Below are positions 28,351-42,760 of a stretch of 64,000 bases of DNA, piece by piece. The stretch spans positions 104,408,001 through 104,472,000 of the forward strand of contig OX597816.1 in the NCBI GenBank assembly GCA_951406725.2, in the 5' to 3' direction. The notes under the pieces were generated by a model that did no database searches, had not been told where the DNA came from, and saw only the letters and a program-made list of their open reading frames with translations. A program made the translations under genes and the position numbers. The number at the start of each line of letters is the position of its first letter. The stretch's first letter is position 1. Source of the stretch: Octopus vulgaris. Taxonomy: Eukaryota.

Positions 28351-31034
28351 GTTCATTGCGGTGATGGTTATCGTATTGATTGTTCTTAGTTGTCGTAGAT
28401 AAAGTGATATAGCCGGTGTACGTGAAGTTGATGCTGAGGCACTATTGTTCCTTGTGTCATTCATAGCTGATGACTGTCCTGGTGTTAGTGGCGGAGGAAG
28501 TAAAAAAAACGGTGGTGTTGATAATAAAAGCAGTCGTGTGCCTCTACGAAAATGCGCCCCTTTTTGCGTATATGTGTGTGTGTGTGTGTAAGTATGTATG
28601 TATGTATATTTGTATGTATCTATGTATGTGTGTGTGTGAATGTATGTATTTAATGGTGATTGTGAACAGGAGTAAAAGATTTCATAAAGAATGCACTTAT
28701 TTACTCGCAGCTGGAACGATTAAGAAGAAAGCGTTTTCTATTGTTATGGGAACAAAAGAGATTGTGATGAGAGCAGACGACAGTTAAAAACAAAAACAAA
28801 TGGAAGAAACAGACAATATGGAAGATAGACAGAATCAAGGAAACCAGTCGTTGGATGACTGAATTGATTTTGTCACCGACCAAAATGTGTCCATATGCAT
28901 TCAGCAACTAGATAGACTGCAACAGAAGATATAATACAACATTATCGGACATATATTACAGGACAGGACAGAGAGAATGTAGCAAATAACTTATTAGAAA
29001 GAATCGTGCGCTATAGTATCACCTAACATATGGAATGTTGGACTGTGTAAGAATTGTATATGAATGAATGGTGGGGTGACAGGACGATGGAAGAATGTGT
29101 CAATTGGTGGAATTGTAAAATAGAAAAAATGAAAAGTTAGATTATATTTTCTTTTCAAATATTAGTGGTACAATTTTGCAATTGCTCAATACAAGAACAA
29201 AAAGAATAACTGCCTAATAACGTATGCATTAAAAAACTATGCATATATACATATAAATACATACATATATGTGTGTGTATGTGTGTGTGTATGTGTGTGT
29301 GTATGTGTGTATATATGTGTGTTTCTACGTGTCCGTGTGTCTGTCTTTGTATATATACATGCATATATATATATATATATACGATTATGAATATGTATAT
29401 GTATTATAAATATATATATATACATATATATACATATATAAATATATGTATGTATATAGGTAGATAGATAGGTATAGACATACATATGTATTTGTATGTG
29501 TATATATATATAAAGATATAGATAGATACATACATACAGACAATTCTTCAACAGATAATTCTAATTCTTTCTAGCGTTAAGTAATTATATGTGTGTGTGT
29601 CTGTGTGTGCATCTGTATCTATAGATATAAACACATGTACCGGTATACGCAACAAACACGCACACACACTTACAAAGGTGCGCGCACAAATAGTCGAAAA
29701 CAAGACAAATACCTAACGGGGTACATCATAAATAGTTTTAGCTAGGTCATTTCGCCAGAGGTGCTGAACAAATGCCTATACACAAAAATGAAGTACTTGA
29801 GGCTATGACATGAAGTCTCTGCAGTGAATATGCACAATATATTGTAAATATGCCTGATCCTAATTCGTAGGACTCACACAAACACACACACGCACACACA
29901 CACATACACACACTCTATGTATGTATGTATGTATGTATGTACAGACACACGGACACATATACATATATACATATATATTTATACATATATGCATATGACA
30001 GAAGTATATGTTGTAGCGGCTAGATGAAGAATATTATATAGATTTTCTTTACGTTTACTAATTAACAAACAAGAGGTTGGTGCGGGTATAATCTTTTGAG
30101 TGGAGTCCTTATCTTATAAACACCTTTCAAATAGCTAAATGGGAAAGGGTAATCTAGAAGAGTAGAATCTATTGAAATACCGAAAAATATCAACATGGTT
30201 CCAGTATCTGTAGTATTAGATCAAGGAATATGAAATAAAAAAAGAAAACTCAAAATATACTTCTACAATGTAATTCCATTCTATTTTGACCCAAGACATT
30301 GTTAAACAGAAGAGCCTTGGGTGTAGTCTCTGAACTCATTACTTAGATAATCGCTGAACCACAAAAACCTCATTAGTCATCGATGGGGTGCGTAATAGTA
30401 AATCTTACGATTTGGGATACACGCCAGGAATTGAACTGTAAACTTAAAACAACGTAAATATATATAGTGGTATGTGTTTTATCCAAACCATTATTTACCC
30501 TTTCCAAATAGCCTGCCGCTAAATGTGAATTCAGGATTTTTCAGAAAAATAAACAAGGCCATTTATACATAATTTCTAATAACCTCGATTTTATAACCAT
30601 GTAGGCTTTGGTAAATTGAGATACAAAAGTTCGTGAACATTTCCTTGGGATGTGGTGAAGTTCTGGCGATCTGTCCCGTTAATAGTCTGGCCAGCGGTGA
30701 CCCTCTACTCAAAATAGCGAGATGAATTGTGCAACATATGCGTAACAAATGTTTACTCAACCATAACTATTTACTGACAGTAAGCAGTTCTAAAAAAATA
30801 ATGCTTGCTGGTTTCCGCGAAAAATATGGATCATCTACATATTTTTTCAAAGTTTAATCGCTTCTAACAAGTGAATGCAGGCCAGTCAGTAAGAGAGTTT
30901 ACAGACGATTATTTGACATTACAAAAAGACAAGAACGGGTACCAATTATTCCTTAAAGCTTAACTCTACACGTCGTTTTAAATATGCTGATACATGCATG
31001 CATACATACATACATACATACATACATACATACA

Positions 31035-31066
<32 letters not shown>

Positions 31067-31235
31067 GTCAATTAAGAAAACCAGAAAAACAAATAAGACA
31101 AACGTTTGGATATGGCTCAAGCAATGTTTTAATAAGACGCTCAGAGAAGGGAAAGAGTAGAAGTTTTACGTTTCGAGAATAGCTCTCCTTCGGAATTAGG
31201 AAGAAACAGAAAAACAAATCGTCAACGTATGTATA

Positions 31236-31302
<67 letters not shown>

Positions 31303-31331
31303 TATATATATATATATATATTTATATCTAC

Positions 31332-31362
<31 letters not shown>

Positions 31363-31369
<7 letters not shown>

Positions 31370-31487
31370 ATCACGTGATCACGTGACCGACCAGTCTATC
31401 AGATGTAGTTACACATCGCTGGTCACAATGCGTTCGCATTGTTTTAGCCTTTGAATGACGCCACCCCACTGGCTAAGTGAGCAGGCC
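31363..31487 (-). mobile_element. 3' fragment of SINE family A with (ATCACGTG)3 tail
   Basis: Matches 13664-13770 and 55680-55798. Confidence 0.75.
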
Positions 31488-31499
31488 ATATATATATAT

Positions 31500-31545
<46 letters not shown>

Positions 31546-31596
31546 TTATATGTGTGTATGTATATATATTTACACGCACGCGTGTACACACACATA

Positions 31597-31643
<47 letters not shown>

Positions 31644-33398
31644 ACACACACGCACACACAAATGGGATGTTCATATACAGTACACTTTGAATATAGGTCC
31701 GCTGGCTCAGGAGGAGACCAATGCTAACTGATTGTTGTGCCTCGGCGTCAGTTTACGGAATATAATCTATAAGGCAGATTAAAGTATGGAATCAGGAGAA
31801 ACTTATCGACAGTAGTTAATCAATAAGCGATTTCGATAAGTTCAGTTGCTATGAGGAGTGTTACCGAGACTAACGTTTTGGGCCTTGCTCTTCATCTGTA
31901 ACTAAAGAAAAAAAGAAAAACGGTAAAGAAAAATGATTCGTTTGTGTTTATAATTTAAAACAAAGAAAAAAAACTAAAGCTATTTGTTGCAGTTAATTTC
32001 TATATTCATTTCTATTTATATATCCTGTATTTATAGTTATACACACGGTGATGCAGTCGGTTTGAATGCGAGATGGCAACAGCAGAGAGGAATATAAACA
32101 TGGACATATGTGCTTCATAAACTGAGTACTGTATATCGTTATTTTGATATGAAGTACAGACTGGTTATATTTTGAAATTCAACCCTTCGAAAAAGAGAAG
32201 TAGATAAAGTAAGTACCAGTTATATTATTGGGATATACAATGCAAGGGCATTTATAAGTTTCTGCAATTCTCACGAATACGAGCCGACACGGGAGTTTTC
32301 CGTGTCGTTCGATCTATTCGAAATATTAGCCAAATTTCACTTCAAGTTACACTCGCACCATCTTAAATAATGGCGAATACATTCCTTGTTGCATGTTCAA
32401 AGGTTTTGATGGTTAAAGCTTAGACACTTTTGATTATAGGTGAGTCCGATGAGGCCGACCCAGGGCTAAATAACAAGTACAAAAATCACTAATGAAGGGG
32501 TGAGGAAACGTTTAAAGATCAAGAAGTATATTACAAAGCACGCTTGCAAATAGCCCTCCCTTACTTATATAGCATGCACGATAACAACCTGTTGCCAGTA
32601 CAAACAATTGTTAGATAAATTAATCCACTAATTAACATCTCTCTCTTGCTCTACACATACAATATGTTAATGTGTGTCTCTTCATACACATACAGACTTA
32701 GACATTCACATGCACACACACACACACAAACACACACGCACACACACACACACAGATACAAAGTGAACATAACATATTTTCATTAGCTATGAAGAAAGAG
32801 GGTAAGCAATACACGGTAACAGGTTGCAGAATATATAGAAAGTTAGAAAATGAACAGTAGAGAGAACAGCAGAGAGGGAAAGGAGGAGAGAAAGAGAGAG
32901 AGAAAGGATATATCAGACAGTGGTGGTGGGATATCCATTAACTGTATAGTCAAATACAAATACGTGTGCATGTATATATGTTTTATATACATATATACAC
33001 TGTATGTATATATATGTTTTATATACATATATACAATAACGTATGTATATATACAAAAACATATACACATGTACTGTTTAAGTAAGAAGAAGGCAAGACA
33101 TGGCATAGAGTTTGCCAGGTACACACAGTTGGTTTATGTATGTATGTATGTATGTACGTATGTATGTATGTGTGTATGCATGTTTGAATATATGTATGTG
33201 TTAATTTATGTGAAGTCATGTTTGTATGTAACAGCAAACATAAGTAGAAGATGATAGGTAGAGAGAATGGTAAACAGAGACAAGGGGGGAGATGGAAAAA
33301 GAGAAAGATACATAACATATATGAGAAGCTAGAGGCATAGATTCTGACCTGACAGTTTCTGCGACGGGAAAGACACCTGACAGCTGATAACTTCTGTT

Positions 33399-33436
<38 letters not shown>

Positions 33437-34395
33437 TGTGTTTGCATGTCTATATATATATTATATGATAAACGAATATATATACCACATATATATATAT
33501 ATATATATGCATATATATTTATGTATGGATGTGTGTGTGTATAAATATATATATATAATCATTTATATATTTATACATGTATGTATGTATGTATGCATAT
33601 CACATGCATATGCACGTATGTATAAAATGTAAAATGAAACTTTATGTATATATATATATGTTTGTCTATCTATGTTTAAAAATATATATATCTATCTATA
33701 TCAATATTTGTATGTATGTATGTATGTATGTATATATGTATGTATGCATGTTTGTATGTATGTTATGTATGTATGTATTTTTATATGTTTGTATGTATGT
33801 AGAGGAGATAGAGAGATAGAGACAGAGATAAAGGTAAAGAGTAAACTGGAGATGAATGATCTATAATTGACACCCTATATATACATATTTCGTCTATATA
33901 TACATTGGCCCATGCAGGTACACCTATGTATATGCCACGTGCACGCGCCATACATACAGGTGGATATGTTCGCTTGCATTTGCGAGAGTCTTATCTGAAG
34001 TAGGCACCGGCTATATAATATAGGATTTTCTATTATTAACATTTACTAATAGTTATTAGTACTCAGGTCGTTAAGCATAAGACAATTTTACGACAAACAG
34101 TTGGTCTGTGTTGTCGTTTTTTATTCTTTTCTTTTTTGTTCGTATTATCAAAGATAAATTTCATTTCAACCATGGACATTTCAATTTTTCTTCAGATATC
34201 CAATATACATCAAAAATATCCTTCCCATTTTCAAGATCGTGTAGATTGATGCGATGAGTATTTCGGCACTATTTTTAGCAGTTCGATTTCACGTGCTGAA
34301 GCGAGTGTCGTTGGCTTCAATGAAACTTACTGTCCCTTTTCAATTATTTTCTTTTCTGCTACACATACAAATCGCGCGCGCGCACACACGCCTGT

Positions 34396-34434
<39 letters not shown>

Positions 34435-34584
34435 CACACACACACAATCACACACACTCTAATCTCTAAGCGATAAAGAGGTACTGTAAATCTCTGTGAG
34501 ATTCGAACTCAGTAACTCGTGACAACGTGCTAAATCCCCTGCTCCAATAAAAAAATCGCCCTGTTTATTAGGTTTATTATTATT

Positions 34585-34619
<35 letters not shown>

Positions 34620-34884
34620 TTTATAGGTTTTTGTTTCATGATAAATATTTAATACAATTAATTGTGTAGTAAACCGAATGTTAACATTGGCCTGGGTGAG
34701 CTTGACTTTGCCATCTGCTGTCGCCATATAGGTACGGCTTTCCTCGTGTTATTTTTTTTAAAGCTGTGTCAGAACGCAAAGTGTCCTCTCTAGAACGTGC
34801 AATTTTTGTGAGTATAACCATTATGTAAATACGTACGTATGCCTGTATGTATGTATGCACACACACACACATATATAATATATA

Positions 34885-34941
<57 letters not shown>

Positions 34942-35791
34942 GTAAATTAGCAGTAGTATTTCAAACGTATGTTTGTTCTTCGTAATTTACAATTCATAAT
35001 CATAAACATATGCGCCTGTGAGTGTTCACGAGCGCGTACTTTTCTATGCCGGTGTGTATGTGAGCGTACATTTGTTTACGTCTGTGTGTATATTTATGTC
35101 ATACTATACGTCGATATATGCATGTGTATATCGTGCGCTGTCACTAATGTGTATATGCGCGGTTATTTGTGTTCCTCGTAAGAGTAGTAAACGCGAACCA
35201 TCTGCTCTGTCACAAAACATATGCTATTTAAAAAGGGTCAATACGTATAAGATTTACATATACAAACGACTTGTTTAGAATATTCGTATATTAAAAACAT
35301 AGCAAAATGAGAAGAAAATATTTAAAACATATGGTTATGAGTCTTTATGCGGGCTTGCATGTACGTATATATGTGTAGTGCGTTGTTGTGTATGCGTTTT
35401 AAATATTTACATCAATATTTCGATTTTACGTTACACCTAAAAATCATCAAAAGCTATGTTATAAATGTATAACATTTAAGTCTTGATTGTGTTCGTTTAT
35501 TTCATGTTTGTACGTAATCTATTATAGAATGAGTGTTTTGTTATATTCTAATCTTTTCAAGATTTAAAAAAAAAAATTTTTACAGACAATTAATAGCATA
35601 AATCAATTATCATATAAATCTATATACTAGCATAGTACCCGTTCAGAGTGATTTTTAAAATTTTTCCGTTAGTATTGTCATACATCCGTTTTAGATCACG
35701 GAATGTTCACCCGCATGGAATGGGAAGAGGCGAATCTGTTTGTGTGTGTGTTTGTGAATAATTAATATGTATGTGTGTGTGTGTATGTCTC

Positions 35792-35853
<62 letters not shown>

Positions 35854-36042
35854 TATATGTGTGTGTACGTATATATGTATATATATATATATATATAAAT
35901 ATATATATACATATATATTTATGTATACTTATATATATAAAAGTATGTGAGTATATATGCATAAATATCGATATATCTATGTGTATATATATATGTATAT
36001 ATACATACATATTATATATATATGTGTGTGTGTATATATGTG

Positions 36043-36093
<51 letters not shown>

Positions 36094-36787
36094 ATATATG
36101 TGTATGTATATATATATGTGTCTATATATATATGCATATATATATATATATATATGTATATATGGATATGTATACATGCATATATATATACATACACATA
36201 CATATGTATATATATATGATACACATGCATGTATATATATACACATTTGCACATATATATGTATATGAATATATATGTATATGAATATATATGTATATAT
36301 ATATATATATGTATGTGGGTGAGGGAGGGCTAGTGTTTCACAAATATTTCTTGTGTTGATGTGTGTGTATGAGTTCAATAGCAGGCGATTTCTCTAAATC
36401 TATCTCAGGACTGCTTTTTTTTTTTCAGATAGTATTCTGTATTACTTACCGTCAATGTCATGTCACATTGAAAATTGTTTCTTGACATTATTAGGCATTT
36501 GTAGATCGATTGTGATATAAAGCGTTAAAATGTGACGTGACCGAAATTTGGGGTTCCAAAGGGTTCAGTGCCTCTTTCATTGTATGGGCATTCTGTTGCA
36601 ATCCCTTGTTTCTGGCTAGTAAATGCATAATCTTCGAAGAATGATTTGGTGTAGAGGTCTTGGACTCAAGAGAAGTTGCATTTCATGGTGATACTAATGT
36701 CAAATACAAACAGGAAACATATCTATGTGCAATGTTTTTTTTTTGTATTTGTGTGTGTGCGTGTGAACGTGTTTGTGTGTGTGTGTA

Positions 36788-36819
<32 letters not shown>

Positions 36820-37031
36820 AGTGGTGGGGTATGCTCAGGGTTTCATATCTAGGTTTTCTTTGACCTATGTTAGTGCAGTTATTCTGGGGTTGTATGGCAG
36901 GTTGTCAGAGGGATCATACTTCCTGGAAAGCTTTTTACCAACACGCAGAATGTTGGGCACTTCACTTTTCCGCATTATGTATGTGTGTGTGTGTGAGAGT
37001 GTGTGTGCGTGCTCGCGCATGTGTCTATCTC

Positions 37032-37231
37032 TCTTTTACTCTTTTACTTGTTTCAGTCATTTGACTGCGGCCATGCTGGAGCACCGCCTTTAGTCGTGCA
37101 AATCGACTACGGGACTTATTCTTTGTAAGCCCAGTATATATATTCTATCGGTCTCTTTTTCCGAACCGCTAAGTGACTGGGACGTAAACAGACCAGCATC
37201 GGTTGTCTAGCAATGCTAGGGGGACAAATAT

Positions 37232-37288
<57 letters not shown>

Positions 37289-37678
37289 AAAAATGGTAAA
37301 TAATTTTCCTGTGGTTTTTCATGTAACCAACAATTATTTACCGGTAAATTTCGGTATGTAAATACGACAAATTAATTGTCAGGACCTTTGTAATTCCTTC
37401 GGTATGAGGCGAAACAGCTTGCTGCTAGCCAACTTATTTTCTTTACTATATACTGAACCTTACAAAGGTCCTGAACCCTATATACTTTACTATATATATA
37501 TATATACATACATACGACAGGCTACTTTCAGTTTCCGTCTACCAAATTCACTCACAAGGCATTGATCGGCCTGGGACTATAGCAGAAGACACTTGCCCAA
37601 GATGCCACGCAGTGGGACTGAACCCCGAACCATGTAGTTGGTAAGCAAGCTACTTACCACACAGCCACTCTTGCGCCT
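37032..37678 (-). mobile_element. SINE family B copy interrupted by an insert of about 210 bp (37284-37490)
   Basis: Both halves align to 14247-14658; another partial copy follows at 37690-37900. Confidence 0.75.
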
Positions 37679-38058
37679 CTATGTATGTTCTTTTATTCTT
37701 TTACTTGTTCCAGTCATTCTGACTGCGGCCAGGCTAGAGCACCGCTTTAAAGGGCTGTTTCTTTAGTCGAAGCAATTGACCAATCGGACTTATTCTTTGT
37801 AAGCCTAGTACTTATTTTACCGACCCGCTAGGTTACGGTACATAAAAACACCGACATCTGTTGTCAAGCGGTGTAGGGGGAACACAGACACAAAGTCACA
37901 AACATATATGTCCGTTTGTCTGTCTGTGTGTGGGCGCGCATGTATATATATCTTTATATATACCAGGGTGACAGAGAAGTCAGGTCGTACATGTAATAAA
38001 CCAAACTCAGATATTGATGGGTTCCGTCAATTGTTCACGACGCAGTGGGAACAGCGAC

Positions 38059-38141
<83 letters not shown>

Positions 38142-38152
38142 CAAATGAAATA

Positions 38153-38550
38153 GTGGAGGCGCAATGGCCCAGTGGTTAGGGCGGCGGACTCGCAGTCATA
38201 GGATCGCAGTTTCGATTCCCAGACCGGGCGTTGTGAGTGTTTATTGAGCGAAAACACCTAAAGCTCCACGAGGCTCCGGCAGGGGATGGTGGTGATCCTG
38301 CTGTACTCTTTCACCACAAATTTCTCTCACTCTTACTTCCTGTTTCTGTTGTACCTGTATTTCAAAGGGCCGGCCTTGTCACTCTCTGTGTCACGCTGAA
38401 TATCCCCGAGAACTACGTTAAAGGGTACACGTGTCTGTGGAGTGCTCAGCCACTTACACGTTAATTTCACGAGCAGGCTGTTCCGTTGATTCGGATCAAC
38501 CGGAACCCTCGTCGTCGTAACCGACGGAGTGCTTCCAAAAAAAAAAAAAA
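38153..38550 (+). mobile_element. Intact tRNA-derived SINE (family A head, different 3' half) with poly(A) and 13-bp TSD
   Basis: TSD atcaaatgaaata at 38140-38152 and 38551-38563; A-tail 38537-38550. Confidence 0.9.
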
Positions 38551-38590
38551 ATCAAATGAAATAAATGAAAAACAGGACACAAAGGATGTC

Positions 38591-38683
38591 GCGGTACATA
38601 TGTTTCGAGCTTTATAGAACAACTTATTCTTACATCAATGCATAATCAACATAACAGATAGTTCAAAAGCCCTCTTTAGCCGC
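38591..38683 (-). ncRNA. Type I hammerhead motif with long stem II (G5A substitution)
   Basis: Minus strand: gcgg CTAAAGA gggcttt..gaac...gttc..aaagctc GAAA catatg TA ccgc. Confidence 0.65.
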
Positions 38684-38898
38684 AGGCAATTGCTATACCA
38701 AAGACTTGTATCACATTATGACATTCTTTGTGTCCTGTTTTCATTTATTTAATTTGATATGTATATATGTGTATATATGTATATGTATATATAAATATAT
38801 ATGTATGTGTATATATATGTGTGTATACATATATGTGTGTGTGTATATATATGTATATATGTGTATTATATGTATATATAAATATATATGTATGTTTG

Positions 38899-38937
<39 letters not shown>

Positions 38938-39059
38938 ACATGTATATATACAGAGGGAAAGACAGAGATAGATAGATACATACATAGATGTGTGTGTCTG
39001 TGTTTGTGTGTGCATGTGTGTGTGTGTACACCCACACAAACACATATACATACATATAA

Positions 39060-39122
<63 letters not shown>

Positions 39123-39196
39123 TAGATAGATAGATATATACGAAGACAAGAAGAAATCTTGCGAAACAGAGTTTATTTTAACGTGATACGTCTTGA

Positions 39197-39284
39197 AATC
39201 ACCCGACGAGACACATTTACACCGAGGAATACACCAAAACCTCGAGGGATTGATGCTAGATGGGTCGAAACAATTGTAGTGATT
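39197..39284 (+). ncRNA. Type I hammerhead motif (U4C core)
   Basis: aatcac CCGACGA gacacattta...tagatgggtc GAAA caattg TA gtgatt; perfect 6-bp stem I and palindromic stem III. Confidence 0.75.
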
Positions 39285-39975
39285 AATAACGTTTCTCCTA
39301 TCCTTCATCCTCCACCTCTCTCAATAATCACATATATCTACACATGTATGTACATAAAAAGATGTATGTATATATGTATGTATGTATGTATCTATGTATG
39401 TATGCATATATGTATGTTAGTATATAAGTATGTATGTGTGTATGTATGTATTTATGTATGTATACACACGTATGTTCACATACACATATTCACGTCGAAC
39501 AATTCTTGTGTTTTGTGGCCAAATAAAGAGACATTTGGTGATCATGTTATTTAATAAGAAACATTATATCTGCATAGATTTATTATTTCAATCTCAACGT
39601 ATTCGCGCTTTGTTTTACATCTTGCGGTTGTAATTTCAATCGATCTATTCAAATCAAAACTGAAATTTTAATTGTATGTTCCGTAAAGAATTTTTATTCA
39701 TATTGTTGCTTGGCACCAGCTGAAACAAGCTCGAGTCGGCATGAAAGTCGTTCCACTACTCGTTTGATGTCTACTTTTTATTTCCTTGTGAAGTTAGCAG
39801 CTTGTTATCTGAGGAAATGGTTAACTGCTATACGTAATTGGTCAATTGTTTGCCTGATTTACAAGGAATCATAGATATATTATACACAATTGTTATCATC
39901 ATCTTTTAATTTCTGGACAGACAACTGAGCCAAACATAACTATTATCCGAAACTGTTAAGACTGTTCACGATATA

Positions 39976-40630
39976 CAGGGTTTGGCAGAGAGCACGTAGG
40001 TTTTCGAAAAATTCACAAAATCATTAATTTTAGATGCAAACAAATTTTATTGATATCAATATCAATGTGTTTGTATTTAATTAGCAAGTGTGGAAACAAC
40101 ATCCAGCACGTGGTGTCCGTTTTCATTGATGTATTTCTGAAGGCGTTCTTGGAAGTTAGCCTTCATTCTCTCCAAGATTGCTCTGTCGATGTGGGCGACT
40201 TCCACGCGAATAGCTGCTTTCAAATCGTCCAGTCTGCGTACACACGTGCCTTGAGGTTTCTCCACAAGAAATAATCACACATGGATAAATCAGTGGACCG
40301 AGGGCGCCAAGGAATGTCAGCAAACTTGAAAATGAGACGGTCACCGCAGAGAGAGCGAAGAACGCCCATTGATATTCTGGCTGTGTGGACCGTCGCTCCA
40401 TCCTGCTGAAACCACACGTCGAATAGGCGTACGTTTACGTCGTAATTCAGGCACAAAGAAGTTGTTTATCATCTCGATGTAACACTCGGAGTTCCCATAG
40501 CAGAATTTCCATTATTGTCTTCAAAAAAGTAAGGACCAATGACGGTGGCTTTCGAACAGCACACCAGACCGTTACTTTTGAGCTGTGTAGTGGACTTTAG
40601 TGCAGTTCTCTCGGATTTTCAAGATCAATA
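39976..40630 (-). mobile_element. Tc1/mariner-superfamily transposase 3' fragment with terminal repeat
   Basis: WFQQDGATVHTA...WRPRSTDLSMCDYFLW; terminus ta-cagggt near 39975. Confidence 0.8.
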
Positions 40631-40685
40631 ACGCTAAGTATTTCACTGTGCATGCTAACGATTCTCCCAGTCAGCTACTTTAATA

Positions 40686-40940
40686 ATCCTTTCTACTAAA
40701 GACACAAGGCCTGATATTTAAAGGGAGGGAACTCGTCAATTACATCGACCCAGTGTTTCACTGGTATTTATTTCATCGACACCGGAAGGATCAAAAGCAA
40801 AATCGACTTCGGTGTAATTTGAACTCTGAACATACGGACGGACGAAATGCCGCTAAGCATATTGTCCGACGTGCTAACGATAAAGCCAGCCCACCGCTTG
40901 AAAAATAATAATAATAATAATTATTATTATTATTATTATT

Positions 40941-40999
<59 letters not shown>

Positions 41000-41225
41000 C
41001 AATAACAACAACAGCAATAATAATGATGATGATTTCAAATTTTTCCCTCAAGGGTAGCTCGGGGGAGGGGACAAAGTCGATTCCATCGACCACAGTGTTT
41101 CACTGGTACTTTATCGACCCCGATGGATGGAAAGCAAAGTCGACCTCGGCAGAACTCAGAACGTAGCGACGTGTGAAATACCGCAAATGATTCCATCCTG
41201 TGTGCTAACGATTCTACTGGTTCGT
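40686..41225 (-). mobile_element. Two SINE family C copies separated by (TAA)n
   Basis: atcgacc..cagtgtttcactggta...gcaaa.tcgac.tcgg...gaactc.gaac motifs occur twice. Confidence 0.65.
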
Positions 41226-41230
41226 CATCT

Positions 41231-41261
<31 letters not shown>

Positions 41262-41276
41262 AAGAAGAAGAAGAAG

Positions 41277-41308
<32 letters not shown>

Positions 41309-41411
41309 GAAGTAGAAGAAGAAGAAGAAGAAGTAGAAGTAGAAGAAGAAGAAGAAGTAGAAGAAGAAGAAGAAGAAGAAGAAGAAGAAGAAGAAGAAGA
41401 AGAAGAAGAAG
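41231..41411. repeat. (AAG)n microsatellite
   Basis: Directly visible. Confidence 0.95.
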
Positions 41412-42419
41412 ATAATAATTATTTGTAGCTTTGGTACACTCCTATAAATTTTGGACAAAAGAAGATGATTAATTTCAGCATCAATAACTTAGATGCAAAT
41501 TTTGTCTATATCGGTCTGTTAGTGGATGTACATTTCTAAATGGTTTCCAAAACAGCGTTTACTATCTCTTCCACTCCATTGTTGTGGAAATACACTGAAT
41601 AACCTTTATCTTAAAACTGACGATCAAAGAAACAAATACATGTTTTACGACAAACGTAATTCAGAATATTAATAATTCTTCCAACACTAAACGTAACAAG
41701 GAAAATTATAAATAACACGTTCTAATGGCAACCTACATTAGATATCACTGAAATTGTTGGGAAATAAATGGTAATGATATGACGTACAACAATAATATAG
41801 TACACAGGATTGGCTATAAAAACAAAACTTCATCAGCTGATGAAGGCTTACAAGTTGAATTCTTAAGGTTTATCATATTTATTAGAAATACATGAAAATC
41901 ATTAATCAACAAACACGAAGGGACTGTAAAACCCTGCCGGGTAGAGCAATGTATAGCTCTAATATATTATGCAAATTCATGGAATGTGGATTTACAGAAT
42001 CGATAGAATGACGTTTCAAATAACTTACGATATTTAGAATTCTGGCAGGAACTTCTTTTCTTTTCAATTTTTTTCTTCTCATTTACGGGAACGATCTAAT
42101 CGAATATTACCAATCCCACATATTTAAGATCTTATAACTATGTTACAAATCGTTTATTACATGTATGTATGTATGTATGTATGTATGTATGTATGTATGT
42201 ATGTCTGTGTGTGTGTGTGTGTATGCATGTATGTATGCATGCATAATGTATGTAACTATGAGGATAAGGTTAAGCCTGGAAACATGGCTCTATATTCAGA
42301 TTAAGAACTTACGAAGGTTGATCCGTCAACCCCTTTACCATTTTTAAGCCAACACTGACGAAATACACGAACGAATGCGTATACGTTCTATTTTTACTTA
42401 CTTAACGAAGTAAAATATC

Positions 42420-42760
42420 CATCACCATCATACCCAATACAGAATCCATACTTTTTTTCTGCTGCTAAAACCAAATCTGTCGCATACATTGTATTTCGAA
42501 CTTCCATCAATTCTTCTATTCTTTGCTTTAAATGGTCAACGTTTTTAATTGCAGTTCTATACACGTGGTCACAGTGATATCTCCCGAAAGAACGGCTTTC
42601 GAGAGAATAAGATTCCCGGATTCTACGTAACCATAATCGACCAACTAAAGCCTTATAAATTCTGTATTAAGGTCCTGTCATACATTAAAAATCCAATGTG
42701 GAACTGCACCATTCTGCAGTAGAGTAATCCTCGAATATTCTGTTCCTTTTCCCGTCTGCT
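42420..42760 (-). mobile_element. Highly decayed Tc1/mariner-like transposase fragment
   Basis: LQNGAVPH-like motif and CDHVYRTAIKNVDHLKQRIEEL on the minus strand. Confidence 0.5.

Noticed and set aside
28060-28464. His/Arg-rich or Asp-rich ORFs
   Set aside because: Trinucleotide repeat artefact
41828-41960. ctgatga within the palindrome ttcatcagctgatgaa
   Set aside because: No matching GAAA/stem III/stem I could be assigned
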